A stretch of 60,664 nucleotides of DNA, the filler included, from an uncultured bacterium (GTDB lineage Bacteria; Auribacterota; CAZIXI01): NCBI GenBank assembly GCA_964543115.1. It is 4 parts of 4 records of this genome, joined end to end, with 100 filler letters (N's around TTAATTAATTAA, not from the genome) between each part and the next. Parts side by side here need not be neighbours in the genome. Positions count along the whole stretch, not along the records: positions 15,710 to 30,698 come from CAZIXI010000058.1; 3 more parts are not named here. The stretch is one strand, 5' to 3'. The stretch's first letter is position 1. Every line of letters starts with the position of its first letter. The translations under genes and the position numbers were made by a program. Of the stretch, positions 18,701-27,932 are shown one piece after another. A model generated the notes under the pieces. The model did no database searches. It saw nothing but the letters and a program-made list of their open reading frames with translations, and was not told the origin of the DNA.

Positions 18701-21700
18701 GCCGCGTGATTCCCGGGCAGGGGCCATTGCCAGTGACGCCGGAAGTTCTGAGGAAACGTCTAAATTGGGCTGGCGGAGTGTGCTCACCAGGTTGGAGTTC
18801 CTGATCAACCAGAAGGTAAAGATCTATCCGCAGACCGCGCTGGCCTATGACAATCTAATGCGAATTAGAGACGAGGCAACCACTATGGACCAGTTAACGG
18901 CAGAAGAACGCCGGGATGTGGAAATTCTGCAAGCGGCGCCGGAGGTAATCACGGCGGTAGAAGAGGCGATTGCCGGTTTTCCCACGGCCTGTATTTTTGT
19001 GGCCGAAAAGATGCGTTACATCGCCAATCTCTTTGGCGGTGTTTTCCCCTTAGGTAATAAAATGCGCGACTATGACAATAAAGAAAAAGAGGCGTTAATG
19101 TACGGCCTGATCGGCGCGTCATTGTATCTAAAATACGACGATCAAGATCCGCGCTTTGATTCTCCCCTGACCGGGATGCGTGGTTCGGCAATGATGAGTA
19201 ATGACCATTTAGAAAAGTGTTTCCGGGCCCTAAGGCGGGGATTGTTAAAATCGCTAAAGGACGGCTACCGGCATAACAGCTTTTTCTTTGTTTTCTTAAG
19301 AACACCCTGGGAATTGAGAAAGCAGTTGGCAGACCTGGAAAGGCTCTGTAAAGAAGAAGGGGTATTTCCGCAAGAGCTGGGTGTAATGATCGAGGTACCC
19401 GGCAATGTCTGGATTATTGATGATATCCTTGATGAACTTGACGCGTTTCAAGAGAGAAACCCGCAGGTAAAAGAGACATTTATTTCTTTTGGCACCAATG
19501 ACCTTACCAAACTTACCGCTAAGGTCAGCCGCGAGGACAAGGACTTTACCGAAAATGTAAGGGTAATGGATCCCTGTCTATTGACCGAGGACGGCGGCCG
19601 GATTGAGCTTGACGAAGGAGAGGTTTATGGTCCCGCAGTAGAAAACAAACCATGGATAATATCAATCGCTGACGAAATCGCTCCGGTGATCGGCAGAAGT
19701 ATCGAACATGTGTCTTCAGTAGCAAGAAGGAGGGGAAAGAAGAGAAGTCTTTGCGGTCAGTATTTTCATAAACTCTATGCCAAGGCCAAGAAGGAATCCG
19801 ATCCCCTGCGCCGCCGCCGGCTCATTGCTAAGGGACGCCGCGCCATGAGCAGCCTGGATTCATTCGGCACCCAGACGACGAATGTAGTACCCACAGAAAT
19901 GATGGATTATGATGAACTGGTTTCCAGAAAAAAAGTTAACGAAGAGCAAAGAACGACAGCAGAGCAAGTGGCTGCCTTAGTAGACATAGAAGAAGTGGGC
20001 GCGCTTACCGGTCAGGTTGTTTTTATTAATGAAGACAGCGATGTGAAAAAGTTGCGGGAGGGAGAGATTAAAGATAAGGTGGTTATTCTTACCGGCACTT
20101 TGGGTGACACGGAGGCCTTTGAAGAAAACCTTATTCCCTGGGATTACTTGCGCTATGCCCGGGCAATTTTGGTCAGCAGTGACTTGGCTGAGCTAGGGGA
20201 TATTTTCGCGGAAGATTCCGTCATTAACGACCGGGTGAAAGCAAGAATTACTTCATTTAGCGGGATCGAGGAAGGCGCGCTGGTTACCGTTGATTATAAC
20301 AATGGCTGCCTTTATAGCGGCACCTTGGATTTGGTAGACGTACCGCTACACTTAGCAGAGATTGAATATGAAAGGGGCCGGCAGGTGAAAACGGAATGGC
20401 TAGTGGAACACTACGCCGCGGCGGTTTTTCATGGAGAAGGTGCCGCGGCAGCGATTCATCCCCTGGCCTTTGTCCTTTATGGTGAAGGAAAATTAACTAA
20501 CGGGGAATTCCAGCGGGAAATCGAGGAATTGCTCGGCAAGATGAATGAAAAAGATGCCGCCAAATTTAAAGAAGAGGTTTTGGGCGGCAGGAGCATTGAT
20601 GACAATGTTACGGATATCAGGAATGCGGTTGTGGCTGCGCTTGGCAATTCCTATCAGAAAGACGCGGAAGCGCAGGCGCGGCGGGGGCCCGCTATCGATG
20701 ATTATCTGGAAAAGTTGTTTTATACCCAGATAACTACCAAGGCCCGGCAGGCGGGAAACCGGCTGGCGGTTCATACCACCTTCAGCCTGACCCGTAACCG
20801 GCTGCGCACCTTGCTGGGCGGTGAATTGATCGAGGTAACCAAGGGAGAAGAGGGAGTGCATTTTGATGATCCCGCCTACCGTCTGCAAGGAGGGGCCCGT
20901 AATATTAGTGATTTCTGGCGGGTGCACCGGGCAGAATTAAGGGCCTATAAACGCGCCCGGGAACAATATGACAATTTAAGGCTGCAGTTAAGCACAACGG
21001 GCACCAGGGCCCGGGAGATCCTGGAGTTACAATTAAAAGTGTTGGCGGATATAGGTATTAACAAAGAGACGGCAGAAGTGGGTTTAAAACTGGTGACCCC
21101 GGCGGATATTCATTATGTGCCTGATTATATTGAACAAGGGATAGGATTTTTTACCTACGACCGTTATCAACTAGCGGAGGGCCTGCTGGCCGCCAATTTC
21201 AATCATCCGGATCTCTTTCCGGATGATGAGTTAGAGCGGGCGGTAAACTATATTGTACGGAATCCTCTGGAATTTATCCGATATAAAATAAGCGAAAGCG
21301 GAGACAAACGTATCTGGTTAACAGAATTAAAACAGGTACCGGTGGAAGAACACATCCCCACGCGTCTCTTGCCCCCTGACCTCCATGACGCGGTTAAACA
21401 TGATTTAATTATGGCTGGCGCAGCCGCCGATGATGAAGGTGCGGAGGCCTTACTGGAACAGGTTGCCTATCCTGGTGAGGAAGAGGTAAATCAGGAGGTA
21501 ATTGCACTCATTGCCTCTACACTTAATGCGGATATGGGCTGGGGTCTGGATACCGGCACCCCGGCAGGCAAAGAGACTGCCGCTAAACGAGTGGCGGCCA
21601 GCTTAGAGATACGGAGAGATACGGATGAACTTCTTGCCGGCGGGTTAATAGAGCTTTTTGATTTCAGAGACAGGCTAATCGAGTATCTAAGCGGAGTGCA

Positions 21701-23378
21701 GGATGATTGGAGCCCCGCGTTTACGGCGATATTGGGCAAGGGAGATGGAGAAGATAGATTGGTAAGGCTGTTGACGGCCTTTTTAAATGATTATCCTGTT
21801 TATGAACAGCTAATCCAGAACGGATATGATCTTCAGGATCAGATTACCCAGATTGCCGTGCTTAAGGAAATGATCAAGCATCAGCTGATAGCTAATCTTT
21901 TTTCCCTAGACGCCGCGGCACATCTGTCCCTGACCCTAGCTGGAGTGGATTTCCCGCAAACTCTTACGAAGCTCGTAATTACATCTCTGGAGGTATTAGA
22001 AGAGAAAAATGCCTTAGCGAGGATCTATAGTTTTGAAAACGATAAAAATCTGGACATCAATTGTTCCGCCGGCGATTATACCGCCGCGCAGGCAGACGAT
22101 AAACCAGATAGATTAGTTATTGGGGTTTTTGAAAACAGAGAAAATTTTTACCGAGCACGCCTCACTTATAGGAAAGAAAAATTAATCTTTTTAAGAGGAA
22201 AAGGTTTTAAGATTCCTTTCCCGGAGCATAGTTTTAGAAGGATTACCTGGCACAATGCCAGCTATGTCAACGTGGACCAAATGTTAAGATTAGCTCAACT
22301 CGGAGGATTTTTCTCTATCCATACGAGAAATCCAGAGGTGGCCACTTCTTTCGCGAGAAGATTCCAGCAATACGAGCAATTAGAGATGGTTTCCTTAACT
22401 CCTGACCAGGATGCCTGGGATTTCAGATCGGCGCGGGTAGAGAAAACTATACATGCAAAAGTTAAGACAAGAAGCAGGCATCCTTTATTTAAAAGTGTGC
22501 GGAGCGGCGGTCAGGTTGATATCTGGGAGGCGGAACTAAGGAAAGGACAATTAGCAAATCCCCGGGTATTAGATCCAGCATTAAGCGACCGGGTTGATCT
22601 GGAGTTACTAAATGAGGCCCTAATCGAAATAGAAAAAAGGCATCAAGGCCGCGGGATATTTAGCGGTATAGATATAATCCGGGTTGTTGATAACCTCAGC
22701 GAGGGAGCCGTAGACGGGAAGGTACCTTATACGATGATCACCCAGGAACACGGCCAACGGGTTTTACTGCTTGATGTGGATAGCTTTGCCGGATTAACGA
22801 TAGAGAAAGGGGCAGAGAAAGAGAAAGAGGCAGCTGGGAAAGACCTTGTTTTGTCCCCCTTAGACAGCTTGGTTTTACTGCTGGACCATGAATTTACCGA
22901 AGGGATCATGACCTTGATTCCTTATAAGAGTGAAGTGATCCGGGAATTAGCCAGTAACCTAATGACGGTTAATTTGGCCTTAGAAATGGGAATTACCGAT
23001 GTTGGCGAACTGAGCAATCTACACCCTGATTTCAGGTTCTTAGAAATTATCAGCTATATCCATAAACGGGAAATAACCGAGGATAAGGACAGAATTGCCT
23101 TGCTGGTGGATTATATGAGTACTACGCCTTACTATCGCGGTTTATTTGCCGATTTTAGTTTTGCCTCGGGGTGGAAAGACAGGATTGCGACCAAAATAGC
23201 AGAAGGGGAAGGTAGGTTCAGCGCCGCGGTTAGTGTTTTTAATCAGATCACGGCAGCCGAACAGATCGTGGCGCTGGTCAAGGAAACGGAGGCAAAGGCG
23301 AAAGACAAAATAGTGTCGGAGACTGAGAGACTGAACGAAATTATGACCGCGATGATGGCTATTGACATATCGGTCTAG
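15711..23378 (+). CDS. Giant (>2545 aa, 5'-truncated) protein: FIST fragment, PEP-synthase-like enzyme, degenerate second His/TIM-barrel module, unknown C-terminus
   Basis: The frame is open back to the contig edge (LYSVGVESGWMPIG). FIST_C-like LCFSCTCRKQLLG; PpsA-like GGTK, RGS..ED, DIEWA, LQNRP, TSHA, RLEF, GMRG, MIEVP, FGTNDL and CGQ; TAG at 23376-23378. Confidence 0.8.
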   Translation: MYSVGVESGWMPIGERAVVTQSDYNVVYRIGEQSAMDFFKHYLGEGNWYPISEYPLAVFDEDNEDFCLRSSLMSDEEKGSITYTGPIREGTAVQITHTTRDKIVEAARKSVDTAIAEYPGTNPILALCFSCTCRKQLLGTRIGEEYEMYRLLNVNRAGIRENMDGLLNSSYEQGDEYYMLTYRSKAFAVRKVTHSGEEIIFPLHRDGVLLDHRQVKRVLNDYLDLKKGKEKPWVVEYSHLLAEDIKLGGTKCAKLAWAFNRQIPNPPGFNISQYGHLGYLQHNPRLLEALQGIKELDVMDVKQRKRFSERVKKLMMEETELPSFFLHNIKLLITKYSRDLGYDVDNGEYASFAYRGSGLMEDFEGKVPWFKKSIGAQPGQGTTILNKNGTDIAEEAVIEALAGLFNDQLFIYRDIQVFFGFVGKMTEEQGGEGEAEYRKFIAAVRDVGFEEVALALETENSPGYVRLREALAAVEEQKPELNSYQWLAKLDAWATQVLDPMELLTGVAILEQLDVYVSGTSFTSNLAKMRDGSTYARKQGKFPQQKGDSFAGYTRCIRHNMGPGTGPGIVEGKFEPNILGFFLPDPDGQTADGHRWACEDFIVGSKQMRMVYMEHGYQAIADRFSEEEIDRIVAAYGVFRAAPSDVGRNTLRNRAMDDLTTSLGIEIEDLGDWIKAMHDVWYYYEKPEHHKCSPERKEELLSKANLSEDQFFILAHIIKHKHKIDTDYDTMTYLPNPPHIRRSSLLPAEAIEVLNEMIAQIGNLNAEERYNEGRADWVDRRDIEWAFAVCAADDPTPDKYKFCLAPGEGFDPITGKPNEEEIWIKLCHLQNRPINPEKEAEKPDDLILEKKKLDEDYIKAQGIKPLATDGLDGFSAAEGIAYIVDPYKDLAVQEEEIRKMVAGKQKVIPILEEMGPEHDVIVAAAGAAIVWRGNDTSHAYIFSLEQRIPICIGVKMVAGMPRIEHGQPLVVDGENGTVWPAGVPLLDDDLKIRVDLLPRDSRAGAIASDAGSSEETSKLGWRSVLTRLEFLINQKVKIYPQTALAYDNLMRIRDEATTMDQLTAEERRDVEILQAAPEVITAVEEAIAGFPTACIFVAEKMRYIANLFGGVFPLGNKMRDYDNKEKEALMYGLIGASLYLKYDDQDPRFDSPLTGMRGSAMMSNDHLEKCFRALRRGLLKSLKDGYRHNSFFFVFLRTPWELRKQLADLERLCKEEGVFPQELGVMIEVPGNVWIIDDILDELDAFQERNPQVKETFISFGTNDLTKLTAKVSREDKDFTENVRVMDPCLLTEDGGRIELDEGEVYGPAVENKPWIISIADEIAPVIGRSIEHVSSVARRRGKKRSLCGQYFHKLYAKAKKESDPLRRRRLIAKGRRAMSSLDSFGTQTTNVVPTEMMDYDELVSRKKVNEEQRTTAEQVAALVDIEEVGALTGQVVFINEDSDVKKLREGEIKDKVVILTGTLGDTEAFEENLIPWDYLRYARAILVSSDLAELGDIFAEDSVINDRVKARITSFSGIEEGALVTVDYNNGCLYSGTLDLVDVPLHLAEIEYERGRQVKTEWLVEHYAAAVFHGEGAAAAIHPLAFVLYGEGKLTNGEFQREIEELLGKMNEKDAAKFKEEVLGGRSIDDNVTDIRNAVVAALGNSYQKDAEAQARRGPAIDDYLEKLFYTQITTKARQAGNRLAVHTTFSLTRNRLRTLLGGELIEVTKGEEGVHFDDPAYRLQGGARNISDFWRVHRAELRAYKRAREQYDNLRLQLSTTGTRAREILELQLKVLADIGINKETAEVGLKLVTPADIHYVPDYIEQGIGFFTYDRYQLAEGLLAANFNHPDLFPDDELERAVNYIVRNPLEFIRYKISESGDKRIWLTELKQVPVEEHIPTRLLPPDLHDAVKHDLIMAGAAADDEGAEALLEQVAYPGEEEVNQEVIALIASTLNADMGWGLDTGTPAGKETAAKRVAASLEIRRDTDELLAGGLIELFDFRDRLIEYLSGVQDDWSPAFTAILGKGDGEDRLVRLLTAFLNDYPVYEQLIQNGYDLQDQITQIAVLKEMIKHQLIANLFSLDAAAHLSLTLAGVDFPQTLTKLVITSLEVLEEKNALARIYSFENDKNLDINCSAGDYTAAQADDKPDRLVIGVFENRENFYRARLTYRKEKLIFLRGKGFKIPFPEHSFRRITWHNASYVNVDQMLRLAQLGGFFSIHTRNPEVATSFARRFQQYEQLEMVSLTPDQDAWDFRSARVEKTIHAKVKTRSRHPLFKSVRSGGQVDIWEAELRKGQLANPRVLDPALSDRVDLELLNEALIEIEKRHQGRGIFSGIDIIRVVDNLSEGAVDGKVPYTMITQEHGQRVLLLDVDSFAGLTIEKGAEKEKEAAGKDLVLSPLDSLVLLLDHEFTEGIMTLIPYKSEVIRELASNLMTVNLALEMGITDVGELSNLHPDFRFLEIISYIHKREITEDKDRIALLVDYMSTTPYYRGLFADFSFASGWKDRIATKIAEGEGRFSAAVSVFNQITAAEQIVALVKETEAKAKDKIVSETERLNEIMTAMMAIDISV

Positions 23379-23382
23379 CCTT

Positions 23383-24393
23383 TTATTCCCAAACCCCGTC
23401 AATCTTGGCCCCGCAAGAACTGCAGCGGCCATTCTCAACATTAACCAGTTCGGCACTGAAATAGGCCCGGCGAATCAATAACTTGCCGCACTGATAGCAA
23501 TAAAGATCAGAGCCCTCCCGTACATTGCCCAAGTAAACGTAACGGAGACCAGCCTCTTGCCCGAGCTCTTTTGCGCGTTGCAGGATTTTTAGGGACGTGG
23601 GCCGATGGTCTGTAAATTGATAATCCGGGTGGAAGGCGCTGAGGTGCCAGGGAATCTCTTTACCCACACCGGCAATAAATCCGGCAATTTGTTTAAGTTC
23701 ATTATCAGAATCATTTTCTCCAGGAATAACCAGGGTGGTTATTTCAATCCAGATACCCAATTCTTTCATTAACTTTATCGAATCCAATACCGGCCGTAAT
23801 TTTCCCTTACAAATTCGCCTGTAAAAATCATCATTAAACGATTTTAAATCCACATTACAGGCATCCAGATAGGGATTAATCATTTCCAGCGCCTCAGGGG
23901 TCATAAAACCGTTAGTAACAAAACTATTATAAAGCCCTTGTTGTTTGGCCAGGCGGGCAGTCGAGAGAGCATATTCAAAAAAGACCGTTGGCTCGGTATA
24001 GGTATAGGAAATACTACGGCAGTTATTTTTCTTCGCTTCACTAACTACTTTTTCCGGCGGCAGGGAATAACTGCTGGCCAGCCCGCCCTTCTCTACCGAC
24101 AGCTGGGATATCCGCCAGTTCTGACAAAAACCGCAATTGAAATTACAACCAACAGTAGCGATCGAATAGGCACTGGAACCGGGCAGGAAATGATAAAAAG
24201 GTTTCTTTTCAATCGGATCAACATGATTGGCAATGGCCTCGCCATAGACATAGGCATAGAGGATACCATCTATATTCTGTCGGACTCCGCAAATACCATA
24301 CTTTGCTGGACTAATTTTACAGCGGTGGGCACAGAGAGAGCAATTAACCTTATTATCTGCTAATTTCTGATAGAGGAGTGCTTCTTTTTTCAT
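23383..24393 (-). CDS. amrS: AmmeMemoRadiSam-system radical SAM enzyme
   Basis: Likely start MKKEALLY; N-terminal CSLCAHRC..CGVR, DPIEKKP, CNFNCGFC, YTYTEP, WHLSAFHPDY, and C-terminal CYQC/CSSC. Confidence 0.88.
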   Translation of the reverse strand: MKKEALLYQKLADNKVNCSLCAHRCKISPAKYGICGVRQNIDGILYAYVYGEAIANHVDPIEKKPFYHFLPGSSAYSIATVGCNFNCGFCQNWRISQLSVEKGGLASSYSLPPEKVVSEAKKNNCRSISYTYTEPTVFFEYALSTARLAKQQGLYNSFVTNGFMTPEALEMINPYLDACNVDLKSFNDDFYRRICKGKLRPVLDSIKLMKELGIWIEITTLVIPGENDSDNELKQIAGFIAGVGKEIPWHLSAFHPDYQFTDHRPTSLKILQRAKELGQEAGLRYVYLGNVREGSDLYCYQCGKLLIRRAYFSAELVNVENGRCSSCGAKIDGVWE

Positions 24394-24399
24394 ATATTT

Positions 24400-24474
24400 T
24401 TTAGCCACGAATTTCACGGATTTCCACAGATTAAAATAATATAACAAAAAAAATCAGTGTAATCCGTGGCTAAA
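24400..24474. repeat. REP-like palindromic intergenic element (same family as 3505-3576)
   Basis: TTTAGCCACGAATT...AATCCGTGGCTAAA arms (13 of 14 complementary) with repeated CAC(G/A)(G/A)ATT units. Confidence 0.65.
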
Positions 24475-24475
24475 A

Positions 24476-25384
24476 TCACCCAGCCAAATATTCTCGCATA
24501 CCCGCTTCAATGCTATATTGTGCCTGGAAGCCGAGTTTCTTTTCGGCCAGGGTGGTATCGGCCTGGGTGTAGTCCTGGTAAAAACCGTAGGGATTATCGA
24601 AATATTCCGGCTGGTGATTTGTCTGCAACACATCGTTCAGCACTTCAATAATCCGGTTAAAGGTGGTCATTTTTCCCGTACCCACATTAAAGATACCACT
24701 CACCCGCGACTCCATTGCCCGGAGATTGGCGTTGACTATATCCTTAACAAATATAAAATCACGCGCCTGTTCACCGTACTTGAATATCCGTGGACGATGA
24801 CCATCTTTGACTTGCAAACTCAACTGCCAGATCATACTGGCGGCATTATTCTTATAAATCTCCCGGGGTCCATAAACATTAAAATAACGCAGTCCGCTAA
24901 CCGGTATTTCTCTTTCCTCCCGCAGAAAATGCTGCACTAATTCGTCCCCTTTGATTTTACTTTCCGCGTAAAGATTATGCGGAGATAATTTCTGGGATTC
25001 CTTCATCGGCACGGCACCGTTACCGTATACCCCGGCGGAAGAGGCATAAACAACCCCGGCTTTCTCCTTGCGCGCCAGGCGGAGAATATTACGCAAGCCA
25101 CCCACATTAACATCCATCATTTTCTTGCGATCAGTAACAGTGGTATCAGTAATTGCCGCCTGATGAAAAATATAGTTAAACCCCTTTCCGGCCAGACTGC
25201 CGATTAGATCTTCATCCTCTACCCGGCCTTCAATTAATTCACCCTTGAAATCAACAATATTATGCAAATCTCCGGAAGAAAGATCATCCAGGATCGTCAC
25301 CTCTACCCCGGAAAACTTTTCCAGCAGCGTAAAAGCCAGATTAGCACCAACAAATCCCGCCCCTCCTGTAACTAAAATTTTCAT
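24476..25384 (-). CDS. rfaD: ADP-L-glycero-D-manno-heptose 6-epimerase-like extended SDR
   Basis: TGGAGFVG, FHQAAITDTT, YASSAGVYG, YAESK (YxxxK), LRYFNVYGPRE, RDFIFV and NPYGFYQDYTQAD. Confidence 0.75.
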   Translation of the reverse strand: MKILVTGGAGFVGANLAFTLLEKFSGVEVTILDDLSSGDLHNIVDFKGELIEGRVEDEDLIGSLAGKGFNYIFHQAAITDTTVTDRKKMMDVNVGGLRNILRLARKEKAGVVYASSAGVYGNGAVPMKESQKLSPHNLYAESKIKGDELVQHFLREEREIPVSGLRYFNVYGPREIYKNNAASMIWQLSLQVKDGHRPRIFKYGEQARDFIFVKDIVNANLRAMESRVSGIFNVGTGKMTTFNRIIEVLNDVLQTNHQPEYFDNPYGFYQDYTQADTTLAEKKLGFQAQYSIEAGMREYLAG

Positions 25385-26529
25385 CTTACCTTAACCACCT
25401 TTCCCCGTTTGATCCCTTTGAGCACATCGCCCTGCCAATGCATGGATAACCGCCGGCGGCCCTTCCACCAGCCCTGCTGCAGCACCGAACCAACAATTAA
25501 CGGCAGGGATACCGTGGGTTCAACAAAGGCCATCGCCCGCGTGGCCTGTTTGGCAATCTTTCCCCAGCTCTTGGCCTCATCCAGGGTGGAGCCGCTTAAA
25601 CCTCCCCAGTGCGGCACATCCGTGGTTACCTGAAAAGCATAACTATGACCGCCAGTTTTTTTGCCGAAAATATAACTCATCACAACAGAATCATTAATGT
25701 AATTCTTGGGCACACCCCCGGCAACATAAACGGCCGCGGTTTTTTTCGATTGAACGACAATCTGCGTCAGTTCGTAATTATCTCTTATCGCGTCAATCGT
25801 TAATCCTGTCTTTTTTAATTTCTTGTGAATATGATAATAGTCGGTTAAACCAATACCGATACTGGAATCATTCATTGCCGGACAAAAAATCGGCACATTA
25901 TGTTTATGCGCCGTATAGAGAATGGAATTTTCATCTTTCAGTTTGCCGCCTAAGTGATAAAGAAATTCCCGGCTGGAATAATTCCTCTTTTCCAGTTTTT
26001 CGGCAAACTTGGCAATCCAGCAGTCAGTAGCGACAAATTTCTCATCATCAACATAGGTATCATAAATACGATTAATCAACATATCGCGCAGTAAGCTATC
26101 ATCGGCAGACGGCGATCCCTGATAATGATTATAGCCCACCGCCTGATAAAGATCCTGGTACATAATCGCGCCAGTAGCCACAATAACATCTACAATCCCA
26201 TAGGCGATCAAATCACGAAAAAGCTTCCTTAAGCCGCCGGCGATCAGCGGTCCGGCAATTCCCACAAGAATAGTGGGCCGGGCCCGGTCAGTAAGCATAT
26301 TTTTGTACACCTCGGCGCATTGACCGATCCGCCGCGCCTGAATGGACATCCCGCCATAGGCCTCCACCAGATCCGCCACTGAACGCACCTTTTCCAGGTT
26401 AACCGCCCTAACCGGCCGGGAGAGCAATTTCCGTTTGCGCGCCCGTAAGGGTCTTTTTACACCAGCACCCACATAAACCTTCTCCAATTCACTATAGCGG
26501 GTATAAGTATCTTTTTTCTTATTGCTCAC
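25381..26529 (-). CDS. Deoxyhypusine synthase family protein (bacterial; possibly homospermidine synthesis)
   Basis: GINRIYD-like LINRIYD, PIFCPAMNDSSIG, GGVPKNY, and GGLSGSTLDEAKSWGKI with the active-site Lys. Confidence 0.85.
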   Translation of the reverse strand: MSNKKKDTYTRYSELEKVYVGAGVKRPLRARKRKLLSRPVRAVNLEKVRSVADLVEAYGGMSIQARRIGQCAEVYKNMLTDRARPTILVGIAGPLIAGGLRKLFRDLIAYGIVDVIVATGAIMYQDLYQAVGYNHYQGSPSADDSLLRDMLINRIYDTYVDDEKFVATDCWIAKFAEKLEKRNYSSREFLYHLGGKLKDENSILYTAHKHNVPIFCPAMNDSSIGIGLTDYYHIHKKLKKTGLTIDAIRDNYELTQIVVQSKKTAAVYVAGGVPKNYINDSVVMSYIFGKKTGGHSYAFQVTTDVPHWGGLSGSTLDEAKSWGKIAKQATRAMAFVEPTVSLPLIVGSVLQQGWWKGRRRLSMHWQGDVLKGIKRGKVVKVR

Positions 26530-26915
26530 GATAACTTCTCCTTAATTAACGGACGGTACTTTCTGTCTATGCGGCTGAGAACAAGAAAGTACCCGGCAAG
26601 GAAAGCAAATCCAGCCAAAATGGGGATCCCTTGAGAATCAATTAATAGACTAAAAATTGTGAAGCCAATGAGAAAAGCGATTATCGGCAGGGCAAAAATG
26701 AGGACTGAAGACCAGAGCGCCGCCTGCGGCGAAAACACAACCTTAACCTTTTCTCCCACCCCGGCCCCGATTTCGTTAACGGCCTCGATGTGCCTCTCCT
26801 CACCATGCACCTGACACATCCGTACCATAAAGCAATGCCCGCATTGAGGCTGCTGTTCCAGGGCCACTTTAGCCAACCGGCCGTCGACGGATACAACTTT
26901 ACCCGTTTCTTCCAT
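26526..26915 (-). CDS. RseC/MucC family membrane protein
   Basis: MEETGKVV, CGHC, N.IGAGVGEKVKV, then two TM helices. Confidence 0.8.
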   Translation of the reverse strand: MEETGKVVSVDGRLAKVALEQQPQCGHCFMVRMCQVHGEERHIEAVNEIGAGVGEKVKVVFSPQAALWSSVLIFALPIIAFLIGFTIFSLLIDSQGIPILAGFAFLAGYFLVLSRIDRKYRPLIKEKLS

Positions 26916-26918
26916 TAG

Positions 26919-27932
26919 TTATTCTTCTTTATCTTCTTTCTTTTCCTTAAACAGGTCCGGAAAGCGTTTGGTCATCTGTTCGGCCTTGTATTTGGGAATG
27001 ACATAAACCCAGGGCGAGAATTCTTCTCCGGAAAGGGTAAGATAATACTTATCATCTTTTTGGGCAACCTTAGCGGTATAGGTAACATCAGCAAATAAAG
27101 TCACTCGGTATTGATTGGTAAACTGCAGATCCCTGACCGCCTCGTCATCAGCCGGAAAGACATCCTCTAAACTTATATTTTGCAGGGCATTGCTAACAGC
27201 CTGGACGGCATTTTGATCTATCTCTTCATCCTTAGGAACTTCACCCTGCAACTCCAGCTTATCTTCCTCTTTCTCCCGTGAAATGGTTATCTCCCCTTCC
27301 ATGTATTCATGCCGGACCTGCACCTCTTTGATCTCATCTGTCTTAATCCCGATAATCTTCTTTTCCAGCCAGTTGTTGACATTGGCGTCAGCATTAATCT
27401 TATCTTTTATATAATAAACCCTGTCTTCGTCCGGTCTTCTAATGTATTGGCCCCGTTCTGGAGTAAAGCCCCGCTGATTTAGTTCCGCCTGTGATTTGCT
27501 GCCCCTCCCCAGGATCACTCCCGCTAATTCTTCTCCGCCTGCCCCCTGACAAAGAACAAGAATACTCCCTGTTGTGTCAGCAGCGGGAGTAAGCAGATTC
27601 AATTCCCGATGATGCTCAGGTTTAGCGGTCTTCTTTTCAGCCAAACCAATATCGCGAAGTGAATCAATGAGGGTAACTAATTTGGAAAATTTAATCGGGT
27701 AATTATACTTATTGGCCGCAACCCACTGTTCGCCGACTTCCGCCAGTACGGCTTTTTCCTGGCCATTATCAATAATAACTTCCTTCATCTCTTCCACATT
27801 GAACTCAGGGAAAAACCGCGCCGTACCGTCTTCCGTAACCACCCGGCGCCCGGCCCGCTGGTAAATCCGGTAAAAGACAACAGAAAGCGCGATTAAAACA
27901 ACTAACAGGAGTGAAAACCCTTTACCACGCAT
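26919..27932 (-). CDS. DUF4340-like periplasmic protein
   Basis: N-terminal anchor, W..ANKYNYP, GQYIRRPDEDRVY and WLEKKII patterns; typical position after GldG-like genes. Confidence 0.65.
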   Translation of the reverse strand: MRGKGFSLLLVVLIALSVVFYRIYQRAGRRVVTEDGTARFFPEFNVEEMKEVIIDNGQEKAVLAEVGEQWVAANKYNYPIKFSKLVTLIDSLRDIGLAEKKTAKPEHHRELNLLTPAADTTGSILVLCQGAGGEELAGVILGRGSKSQAELNQRGFTPERGQYIRRPDEDRVYYIKDKINADANVNNWLEKKIIGIKTDEIKEVQVRHEYMEGEITISREKEEDKLELQGEVPKDEEIDQNAVQAVSNALQNISLEDVFPADDEAVRDLQFTNQYRVTLFADVTYTAKVAQKDDKYYLTLSGEEFSPWVYVIPKYKAEQMTKRFPDLFKEKKEDKEE

